In this document: positions 11,262-20,717 of the stretch, piece by piece
Position numbering within the stretch: position 1 is the first letter of the stretch
Layout of the letters: every line of letters begins with the position of its first letter
Origin: Tetramitus jugosus
Taxonomy: Eukaryota; Protista; Heterolobosea
Direction: 5' to 3'
Length of the DNA: 64,000 nucleotides
NCBI GenBank assembly: GCA_937625935.1
Contig: OW569358.1
Span: forward strand, 372,001-436,000
Translations under genes and position numbers: made by a program
The notes under the pieces: generated by a model
Seen by the model: the letters and a program-made list of their open reading frames with translations, nothing else
Databases searched by the model: none
What the model was told of the DNA's origin: nothing

Positions 11262-12463
11262 ACCCATATTTTAGTTATTCGAAAATTCTCAACTGTTTGT
11301 ACGATGTGAAGCAGAGATCTTAGGATCGAGATGTATCAAATAGATAGTAAGAATGGTAATGAGTGATTGATTTAGCAATCTGGAGAATGTTTCTATCCAA
11401 TTCCCTTTGTCATTTTGTGTTATGTCGTTGATCGTTTTTGTTGGTACGCTTCTATTCGCTCGTGTTTTATAGTCTCCTCCACATGTGCTACAGACTAATG
11501 CCATGGGCTCGTGGTTATGTTGATTCCTTGCTCTGAATTTTCGTACTGATGTTAGTTTCATGGATTTTATGGAGTTGCTCGATGCCGTTATGTATCGTTG
11601 TAATTGAGGTTTGTTCGATACCAATTTATGATTGACAACGAATAATTGATCAGCAATTAAATCTTATTCGTCAATATGAATTTATAATAGTGAATAATTT
11701 ACCACTCATGTCACCTTTCGTTTTTGCAGTATAATTATTTTGTTCTATTAATTAGTTTGGAAGATTACTCAGTGAGGAGCCTATTGAGGATTTGGGCCAT
11801 TTGACACAAATGTCCGATAAGGACTTCGAGGAGTTTGTTGAACAAGTAAACTGTTTCGCATTCATGCGATACGCAGTACGAAAGAAGGAACTCCGCTGCG
11901 AAGGGCAGGACCTCTCTTGTCAACCCCAAGGTACTGAGCTTAAAGGATTTGCTAGGGAAACTTACTCAAGCCTTGAACAAGAAAGTGTCATGTACTCAGT
12001 TGGCTCGTTTCTCTCACCATTGGATCCATGGAGGATTTGAAGGCTTTCCCCTACTGGTTGTGGGCCTACAATGGAACAATAAACAAACCACAAGTATGAC
12101 TTTTCAAAACACTTTTACACAATGAATTCATGATTTACTCAAACTCTTCTCATACGACATCACCAGGAAATCTTTTAAAAATCGCGTTCTTACTGGCATG
12201 GGCCAAATAAAGAAGCGACGATGTTGATAATAGATGGTCTTCTAGCTACGATCGCCAGTTCGCGTTTGTCCATGAGTTAAACGCAATTGTTAGCGAAATG
12301 CGAAGATTTGAACTCATTCTGAGTGATGAATCCAAATGTTTCACTTTGAAAACCAAATCTTAAATGTACTGGATCATCCCAACAATTATATGGTTTTGGG
12401 TCAGAACAAAGAGATGTGTTTACTATTGACAAGCATCTGATGGATTTGTCATTGCTTAAGTCC

Positions 12464-12838
12464 TCTATCCTCCTATTTTTGGGAGACAATCCGACAAGCA
12501 ACAATCTCGTTGTATACTCATTGTAGACTGCCTACCTCAACATCATAAGGAAGTCAACTACGTGAGCCCTCGTTTTATTATTGACCCAACCAGTTAATGT
12601 TGTAGCTCCGAGATCCTCCTTCACTGATTCTACTTTTGTATCCTTCAACAGAAGACTTACGTTGTATGCGTCAAGTATACAATGAGTGTGGAGACTGCTC
12701 AGCAATATGGTAGCAAGATGTTCTCTTTCTTTTGATTTTTGATGGTATTTTATAGTGTGTTTATTGTAAAACTCGTTGTAAATAAAAAAGTCCGTCAAAA
12801 AGCTCAGGCGGAGACAAAAGGATTATCGCCCACCGAGG
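12464..12838. mobile_element. Internally deleted copy of the GIY-YIG/RT cassette
   Basis: 12464-12699 matches 12985-13226, and 12696-12838 matches 15181-15332. The two parts join at a TGCT microhomology. Confidence 0.85.
12827..12838 (-). repeat. Duplicated 3'-terminal 12 nt of tRNA-Lys
   Basis: CGCCCACCGAGG is identical to 15321-15332. Confidence 0.85.
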
Positions 12839-13052
12839 TTTATTTAGCCGCCAAATAAAGCGTTAATTGTTTTACAGTTTTTTTTTTTTTTTTTTTTAGA
12901 GAAAAAAAAATCTCTAGTACAACTCCTTCACAGAATTGTAAACTTTCATAATTGCTGAATGGTTTTTGTGGTAATTGTATATCTTCTATCCTCCTATATT
13001 TTGGAGACAATCCGACAAGCAACAATCTCGTTGTATACTCATTGTATACTGT

Positions 13053-13781
13053 CTACCTCAACATCATGGAGTTAAGGAAGTCAACTACCTGAGCCCTCGT
13101 TTTATTAATGACCCAACCATTCAATGTTGTAGCTCCGAGATCCTCCCTCACTGATTCTACTGTTGTATCCTTCAACAGAAGACCCACATTGTATGCGTCA
13201 AGTATACAATGAGTGTGGAGACTGCTGGCGAGGAACTCTTCGAACCATGATCGCGGAGACTCAGTAAAATACAACAACACTCTCTCAATACCAGGAACCG
13301 AGACAACCATAAGATGAGGATGTTGTGGTAATGAGACCTGCGGTACTTGATTCACAAAAATGGAGAAATACCTCGATCGAACAGGTACAAAAGCATTGCT
13401 ATCCAATTGCATTCCAAAGCAATGTTTCAAGCACCAGATTGCCTCCTCTCTATTGGTGTCAAATACCTCCCCAGCAATAAGCCTGTTACGCAGCCAACTG
13501 TGAATGAATCGTTCCCAAGCAACACAATTATTTACAACAAACACATCCAAGACCACATCCAAAACCAGCACCTTGGTCAACAACTTCCTCAATCTATTGT
13601 ACATATCTGTACTTTGACCTATTTTAGCACCTGCACACTCTGTGGATGAGAGGATATATATGCATTCTTTGACTGATTTGAGAGTTTTTCTTGGTGCAAC
13701 CTCACCATTGATCGTTATCAAGCAATTAACTGCAGACATAAAAAACAAAAGAACAAGTAATTGTGATTGTTTATTGGACAT
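13053..13781 (-). CDS. T5orf172/MUG113-type GIY-YIG domain protein
   Basis: CIYIL...AKIGQSTDMYNRLRKL...WERFIHSWL...GEVF fits the YI..KIG.S..R..L..E..IH..GEWF pattern. Confidence 0.8.
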   Translation of the reverse strand: MSNKQSQLLVLLFFMSAVNCLITINGEVAPRKTLKSVKECIYILSSTECAGAKIGQSTDMYNRLRKLLTKVLVLDVVLDVFVVNNCVAWERFIHSWLRNRLIAGEVFDTNREEAIWCLKHCFGMQLDSNAFVPVRSRYFSIFVNQVPQVSLPQHPHLMVVSVPGIERVLLYFTESPRSWFEEFLASSLHTHCILDAYNVGLLLKDTTVESVREDLGATTLNGWVINKTRAQVVDFLNSMMLR

Positions 13782-13982
13782 TGAAACAACAGTTTATTTA
13801 AATAGGAATGTAGAGGACTTGATGGGTTGATGTTTTGATGTATTACTTTGATGAGGAACTGTTTTTGTTTGTTTGTTAGTTTGTTTGGTTTTATTTAAGG
13901 AGTTGATGTGATGTAAGATAATTGCTTTTGAAAAAAAAACAACAATAGTAATGGAAATAAGTGGCGTGAAGCAGTAGGATAC

Positions 13983-15227
13983 TTGATTGGAGCACTTAAT
14001 GCCATAGTTGATGCCCAGAGACTCTCCTCTATGGAATCAAGAAATGATCAACCTCAGGAGCAACAGTGTGTCCCGGATTTAACATCCACCATCCAGATGT
14101 TGCAAAGAAATGAGCAAGCTACAAGGAATGATCAGATGAATGTTGTCGAGGACACTACCTATGTGGTTGAGGCAAGAGAAACAAGGAAAGGCAAGGGAAA
14201 GGGGAAGAACAGGGCTGGTATGATCAGTCGACCATTCTGGCAATCGGCCGAGGAGATTCTCAAGACTGGGATGACTGTTAGATTCTATCAGCCCGAATCT
14301 GTTGTCCGTAAGAAGTTGTCTCGAATGATCATCAACAAGATCAAAGGAGAGATGTGCCAGGTGATGGATTCTCGAGTGAACGAGTATGTAGCTAGCGGTG
14401 TGTTGATAGAGATACCAAAGGAGGAAGCGTATTTTATTGCTCCAATGAGAATCATACCCAGAGAGTCTGATCCTTCTCGACCCAGAGAAATCTTGGATTT
14501 CACTGAGCTCAACAAGTACATTCTAGAGGCGGATTGCAAACTACCAACACGCAAAGATCTAGTGTTGTTGGTCGAAAGATACTCCTATGCGGCCTCGATT
14601 GATATCAAATCGTGTTACACCAACATCAAATTGGATGAGGCATTTCAGCCATATTGCTGTATTGGGTGGAGGAGCAAGGTCTACAAATTTACTCGAGTCC
14701 CTTTTGGAATCAAGTGTGCACCGGCATGTTGCCAGCTGGTCACAAGCCATCTCTGCGAGGAAACTACAATAGTATATCTTGATGACTTCCTTTTGTTGGG
14801 CAACTCGGAGCAACAAGTATTATCTCGAGTTCGAGACCAAGTGACCACTCTCGAAGATAGAGGATTGCCTATCAATGTTACCAAGTCCATTCTGGTTCCT
14901 CAGCAAGAGTTAGAGTTTAGCGGATACAAACTCTGTTTTGGAGGTGAAGTCAAGGGTGTTTACACTACAGATAAGCACTTGATGGATCTATCGTTGATGA
15001 TCAAACTGATTTTGACGCAGGAGAGCGTTGAATTGAAGACCTGGCAAAGGTTCATGGGTAAGTATAACTGGTGCAGGGCTCTAAAGGAGGATGAGAAGGT
15101 GCATTCGAAGTTGGTTGCGCTGATGAATGAGCGAGACACCAACTCTGATAGAATTGTAGTCGACCACGTCGCTAGAGCAATGCTCAGCAATATGGTAGCA
15201 AGATGTTCTCTTTCTTTTGATTTTTGA
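13983..15227 (+). CDS. Reverse transcriptase, DIRS/LTR-type, no recognisable RNase H
   Basis: [40 protein letters not shown] and [21 protein letters not shown] (DIRS1-like spacing). Start codon uncertain. Confidence 0.9.
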   Translation: MIGALNAIVDAQRLSSMESRNDQPQEQQCVPDLTSTIQMLQRNEQATRNDQMNVVEDTTYVVEARETRKGKGKGKNRAGMISRPFWQSAEEILKTGMTVRFYQPESVVRKKLSRMIINKIKGEMCQVMDSRVNEYVASGVLIEIPKEEAYFIAPMRIIPRESDPSRPREILDFTELNKYILEADCKLPTRKDLVLLVERYSYAASIDIKSCYTNIKLDEAFQPYCCIGWRSKVYKFTRVPFGIKCAPACCQLVTSHLCEETTIVYLDDFLLLGNSEQQVLSRVRDQVTTLEDRGLPINVTKSILVPQQELEFSGYKLCFGGEVKGVYTTDKHLMDLSLMIKLILTQESVELKTWQRFMGKYNWCRALKEDEKVHSKLVALMNERDTNSDRIVVDHVARAMLSNMVARCSLSFDF

Positions 15228-15320
15228 TTGTATTTTATGGTGTGTTTATTGTAAATACATTGTAAAACTCGTTGTAAATAAAAAGTCCGTCAAAAAGCTC
15301 AGACGGAGACAAAAGGACAT

Positions 15321-15393
15321 CGCCCACCGAGGGGCTCGAACCCTCGACCACAAGGTTAAGAGCCTTGCGCTCTACCGACTGAGCTAGACGGGC
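15321..15393 (-). tRNA. trnK: tRNA-Lys (CTT)
   Basis: GCCCGTCTAGCTCAGTCGGTAGAGCGCAAGGCTCTTAACCTTGTGGTCGAGGGTTCGAGCCCCTCGGTGGGCG folds as a cloverleaf. Confidence 0.97.
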
Positions 15394-16516
15394 TTGGATA
15401 TTCACTAAAAAATAAAAAAATACAAAAAACTCGGCCAAAAGCAAAAACAAAAACGCGTTCGTCAATTGTCCGCTTATGCATTTTTAGACTCTAAAATAAA
15501 TGAATCCTTGCCCGCAATTGTTTCGAATTTGATTCCAGAAGAGTGTGCATTTCCGAAAAAGCACAAAAAAGAGGGCTACATCATTTTTCATGGGCATCAT
15601 TTTTCTAGCAACAAATGGAGTTCTGAGAGAGTTAACATACAGGGGAAAGTTAATCTTTGGAGACGATCATAACACCGTGATTTGCACAGATCGAAGCGCG
15701 GAAAGTAAACAGTGCTAATTTTAGAGTATTGATATAGCCAACTCGTTGCAAACAAGGAGAACTTTCACAAATCCATTCTGAACCCTGGCTACTCCCACAA
15801 CGCTTTCATTACACCGTCGGTAAAACTTATCAATCTGTGATCCACTTTTTTCGACCGAATTTTCGAGAAGGTATGGAAAGTGACTTTTGATCTTCCTGTT
15901 GTAGTTGTTGTTTTTTTAGCATGAATCATCATCAGCAACAATTTCAAGTTCTTTTTGTGTGAAGATCTCCTTCTCTTCTCTCAAAAATGGATTCCAAATT
16001 TTTGAATATACTTCTCACTTCTCAGTAGTCTTTGGTTCCTGAATAACATTTGATACTCTTTGCTTCAGCTCACGACGGTACATGTGAACCGTATCTGGAG
16101 TGACCCCGATATCTCCAGTCTCGCTCAATAAGTCTATGAATTTTCTCGCATACATGAAAACATACAAACCCGTATGGTTGGCAATTAACCAAGTGCTCCA
16201 ATCAAGTATCCTACTGCTTCAAGCCACTTGTTTTCCATTACCTGTTGTTTTGTTCCAAAATCATTTATCTTACATGTGAATCAAGTGTCACAGGTCTCAC
16301 ATCTCACTCCAAAATATAGGAGGAGATCTCATTACCACAAAAACCATTCAACAACCAAGATAATTTACAATTCTTTGGAGGATCTCTAGTTCCTAGGATA
16401 AATCACCTTTTTGTTAGGAAAAAGTATTCAAAACTGAAACTTTTGGATTCCATCACTCATAATGAGCTTCAATAGACGCCACGGCATTATTGAAAATTTT
16501 TGACTAAAATATGGGT

Positions 16517-16589
16517 CTCCTCCAGTTGGGCTCGAACCAACGACCTGCAGGTTAACAGCCTGACACTCTACCAACTGAGCCATGGAGGA
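16517..16589 (-). tRNA. trnN: tRNA-Asn (GTT), second copy
   Basis: Identical to 11189-11261 except one D-stem C>T, which still allows a G-U pair. Confidence 0.95.
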
Positions 16590-16625
16590 ATTGTGCATAC
16601 ATTCTACAAAATTAGAAAATCGGAC

Positions 16626-18759
16626 GGGTCGTATTTCAGGGTTCCGTTCCTTGTTCCTCATGTTCAAACAACGTTCCCGTCCCTTGCAACAGAATCTAAC
16701 TTTACAATGAATGAATCTTCAATTCACTATAAATACTGAGATTCTGCGTTCCCTTGTGTTCAAATAACCAAAAAAATGAACACACAACTCAAGATCCCAC
16801 ACAATTCTCACAACTCCCTTTTGGTCAATTACTCCCAACAATCATACCAACCCGAGATCAGCAAGAGAATGAAGAAGAAGATTGTTTGATCGAGACAGTG
16901 GTGTCGTATGAGCAACCAAGTGACGATGGAGATGAATCAGCATTTGAAGAAGATGAGGAAGAGGAAGAGGACACTTCACAAAACCTGTGGAGAGTTTGTG
17001 AACCAAAACCATATCAACCAGTTGGTAAAGAACACACTAAGCAGTACACTTTTGCAGAGCACATATTTAACCATCATCAAACAAACAAACACTCTTCCAC
17101 ATACACATGTAAATTCAAAAGACCACCATATTCCTGTCGAGCCATGTTGAAGCAGATCTTGGAATCAGATCAATGGTTATACAAAGGTAAACACAATCAT
17201 CCTACACCACAATTACTAAATAGAACAAAGGAGAAGAAGCCATCATTCTCTGATCTCATTCATAGCAGACAAGAGGAATTGAAAGAATATGTCATTTCTA
17301 ACAAGCGTGTGAGAAATGCAAAGGCTGTTTGCTATGCACTGAACAAGGATGTAAATCCAAATGATCTTCAACAGTATATATTTCCAGAGCAAGTACATGA
17401 AGCGAGACATAAGTTTGTTCACACAGCATCAATATCTGACTGGAACGATCTTTACAGCAGAAAAGAGTTTACTCATACGAGTCTGGGACAAGCATACCTC
17501 AGAACTCTTCATTTGTATCCAGAGTTCTTAATCCAATACGCAGCTGACTGGCAAATAGATCTTTTGAAATCTGTTACTCAGGAGGATCAGTTATTCGTAG
17601 ATGGAACATTCAATGTCTGTCCTATGAATATTGAGCAGATGGTCACACTACTAGTTTAGAAGAAAACATGGAACCACGCATTGCCTGTAGTACATGCACT
17701 ACTTCAAAGAAGACAAGAAAGCACCTACGTCCATATGTGGAATCATATTATCAGACTTGCTCCAGAACTTCAGAATGTCAATAATCTTTGTATATCTGTA
17801 GATTTTGAAGTTGCAATGCATAATGCTATTAAGAAAGTTATCCCAGCCTCAAAGATCGTAGGTTGTGAGTTTCATTTGAAGCAAGCAATCTTAAGATATA
17901 CATGCAAAGGCAATGCAGGAAAGACAGTGAGTTCAGATATGAAAGAAAAGCTGAACAGAGCAGATCTCATTTCGAGGATATCAGCATTAGTTAACTGTCG
18001 GTCTGAGGAAGAATTCAGAGTGCTGAGGTCATCATTCATTAACTATTATTCTGTGAAACAAGGCTATAGTCGATTTGTTAGCTATATGGTAAACACTTGG
18101 TTAGGGTCTTCTGATGATGCATCAGTTACCAGATTTCCCTATACTCTTTGGTCCAGATGTGCAATGCCCTCGTTAAATCTGCACATGACTAACAACATTG
18201 CTGAAACTCTTCACAAAGAGATCAACAGTAAGTTCACAAGCAAACCACAACTGAAACATTGCATTAAGCTTCTTAAGGAGATAGAAGAGGACTCCTTGCT
18301 TAAAAAGAGACGTATGGAAAGCAACGTACAAGTTTCAACATCAGAACAACCTTCTGCAGTTGTCAGTACAGCAAATTCTAAAAAGAGATCGCGTCCATCT
18401 TCGAATAACTCACTAGTATTGCCTCCACAGAAGAAAGCAAAGAATAGTCAAAGTGGCTCTACACGTGCAATTCCATCCCAGTTTCTTCACTCTTTTCAAG
18501 TTGCACCTGTGAGCACTCCAAGCACTGCAATCTCCAGATCCTATTTGCCAAATGCTCCAACTTACTTTCCTCCACCTAATTTCAACAACAATCCACAATA
18601 TATCCATCAAATTAACTACTGGAACAATATGAATTTGGCTGTAAACGGGCAGTGGAACAAGAACATGCAATAAAATCTCGTATTCCTAAATTTGGTGGAT
18701 TCCTCAAGACTTTACAACACTGAACAAATTATTGGGGACGGAACGCTGAGACACGACCC
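16626..18759 (+). mobile_element. Mutator-like (MULE) DNA transposon
   Basis: TIRs 16626-16650 and 18735-18759 match at 21/25 positions and start GGGTCGT. TSD ATCGGAC at 16619-16625 and 18760-18766. Confidence 0.92.
16754..18673 (+). pseudogene. MULE transposase interrupted by one in-frame TAG (17657-17659)
   Basis: FLYWCH/WRKY-like YTC...C.A...HNH, then FVDGTF, VDFEVA, GCEFH and TNNIAE (DDE triad + CxxH). Both ORFs are in the same frame. Confidence 0.9.
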
Positions 18760-18785
18760 ATCGGACAGATTGGAGCAAAGAAAAA

Positions 18786-19395
18786 CGCCGATGAAAAAAC
18801 GAACACACACCCCTGTTGTTCGTGAGTATGAGAATCCACGCTATGCTGTGTGGACCACAGCACCAAGAGGAACTGCTCCAAGCAGCAAGGAGGTCATCAT
18901 CACTGGAAAGTGCGATGACTCTCCCAAAGCTGCCTTGGCCAAGAAGATTGGCTTGGACTTTGGTGATTTGCTCACCAGGGTCCAAGTCATCAAGAAGGAC
19001 CCCAAGAGGTTTGTTGCGTGGGTAACTGTTGTTGATGACAACATTTACCCATTTGTTGAATCCTTCAACCGCAGCAAGAAGATGAGTGGCGCTCAAGCAC
19101 AATGTTGATTGTGCCAAGAAGGTCGTCCTCCACGGTGTCAAAGGTAAGACGGAGGACGACATCAAGGCCATGCTCGGCACAACAAAGGTCAAGAATGTAC
19201 TCAAGAAGCACAACAATGCCTTTGTTGTGATGGAGTCTGAAACGTATGCCGAAGCTTTGCTTCCACCCACTGGCGTGGCTTGAACGCCCACGTGATCCTG
19301 TCAAGGCTGTCAGCAAGAGGTTGACCAAGATGCATCAAAAACTGGCTGTGGAGGACGACGTGTTAAAAGAAATGGCTTCTGTCAATCGGATTCCT
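18786..19395 (+). mobile_element. Retroelement copy C (frameshifted ORF1), upstream of the second tRNA-Asn
   Basis: Near-identical to copy A from CGCCGATGAAAAAACG onward, with small deletions. Confidence 0.85.
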
Positions 19396-19721
19396 CTCGT
19401 TATTGGATGCCTGGAGCGAATCTCCGAATTTGAACCTTCGACTCCATCTACTACCGATGACTGGGAGTCGATCATGCCGGAGTCCCATCCCGCTACTCCA
19501 ACTAAGGTCACCCAAGAGTCAGTCTACAACACCATTGATGAGGATTCTCGTAGCATAGCAATTCTCGAGCTAGTATTGAACACATCCGAGGTGGTTAGTG
19601 AGCACTATTTGTTGTATAAAAAGCAGGAAAACTAGACGACATTCATAGATTCAGAATCAATTCTCAGAACGTCATCAAGAGTGATCACTTACCGATTGAG
19701 ATGAAGCTGAAAGTACCGAGT

Positions 19722-19795
19722 GGGAGCGTCCAGATATTATTTCTTACGGCATCCTAGGGAGGGGTCAGAAGTGAATATAATATCTGGACGCTCCC
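19722..19795. mobile_element. 74-bp MITE-like element
   Basis: Perfect 19-bp inverted repeat GGGAGCGTCCAGATATTAT with a 36-bp spacer and AGT on both sides. Confidence 0.55.
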
Positions 19796-19829
19796 AGTAC
19801 TGTCAGTAGGAGCCATGGCGTGACTGCAA

Positions 19830-20450
19830 TGAGGTCATCACTGAAAGTGTCCCAAAATGATTGGCTCGAATTTTGGTCTCATGAGGGTCCAAGTCCAGAG
19901 ATCCATAGTTGGTAACACAGTCGCCAACAAAATGCCAGGTCGGTCAGTATCAAGTCAGGTGCTCTCCCTAGGTTCTACCAGCTAGTTGCCATCTGACCTC
20001 GCCAGTGGCTCTGTCTTCGTCACCGAAGAAGGGAATTACAACACGACATAGAAGAAAATGAATCCTGTTGTGTGGTTTTGTCACTCCAAACAAAAGTGCC
20101 ATTCGTAGGAAAAACGGATTCCGCGGTCATGAAATAGATAAAGAGAATCAAGAAGTAATGTATTTAAAAAGGTTTACGAACGGCATCAAAAGAAAAATAA
20201 CACAGCAATGACGCTCTGACAGAAGAGTCATGTTAAGAGAAAGGAAAGAAGATTGTGCTACATGGGACATCATTGATAGTGACTCAGTATGACAATAAAG
20301 CGGTTCTTGCTGGATGATGGGTGGACTTAAGCCTGCAGCAGAGAAGTGAACGATGGATATGCCAATGATACGATCTCCTAGTTAAACACATGATAGAGTC
20401 TTTGAGAGACCAAAATAGGTGCACAACAACTCTACCAATGTATCGCGCCT
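19830..20450 (+). mobile_element. Older, degenerate retroelement copy D
   Basis: Patches align to ORF1 (GAGGTCATCA, AGGGTCCAAGTC, ATCAAGTCAGGTGCTCTCC, AATGAATCCTGTTG) and to copy B (ACAGCAATGACGC). The right boundary is uncertain. Confidence 0.6.
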
Positions 20451-20717
20451 TCTGATGTCCCAATCTCTTTTCGGGTAATATTCCCGCACACTCCGCTTTT
20501 TCACACGAAACTCATACAACACGCTTTTTCAATTTACCCACCAAGGCCAAATAAAATCGAGACTTACGCTCACAACAACACACAACACACGAGTGTGTTC
20601 AAAGATTGCACTGAAAACCACGCGCCTCCATCATCCCCTACCCTATTTCCCCCAAACGCGCACGCACACGCACAACACTAAGCAAATAGTACCCAAGTAA
20701 AAGCTTTTGAACTCAAC

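Larger units (their letters stand above)
12839..15320. mobile_element. Putative retroelement cassette: T5orf172/GIY-YIG gene + DIRS-like RT, abutting the tRNA-Lys 3' end
   Basis: Two divergent intact ORFs bracketed by 12-bp direct repeats of the tRNA end, with an adjacent deleted derivative. The left boundary is inferred. Confidence 0.6.

Noticed and set aside
12827-12838. tRNA-Lys primer-binding site of an LTR element
   Set aside because: Lacks the TGG complementary to CCA and no LTR is adjacent. The flank matches the genomic tRNA downstream sequence.
13053-15227. Canonical DIRS or Penelope element
   Set aside because: No tyrosine recombinase, gag or RNase H seen. The RT motifs are not PLE-like and the nuclease is a separate, divergent ORF.
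17657-17659. Stop-codon reassignment (TAG readthrough) in the transposase
   Set aside because: Host genes here end in TAA, TAG and TGA normally; a nonsense mutation is simpler.
20350-20375. GYAND as a relic YADD RT motif
   Set aside because: Too short and surrounded by stops; cannot be distinguished from chance.
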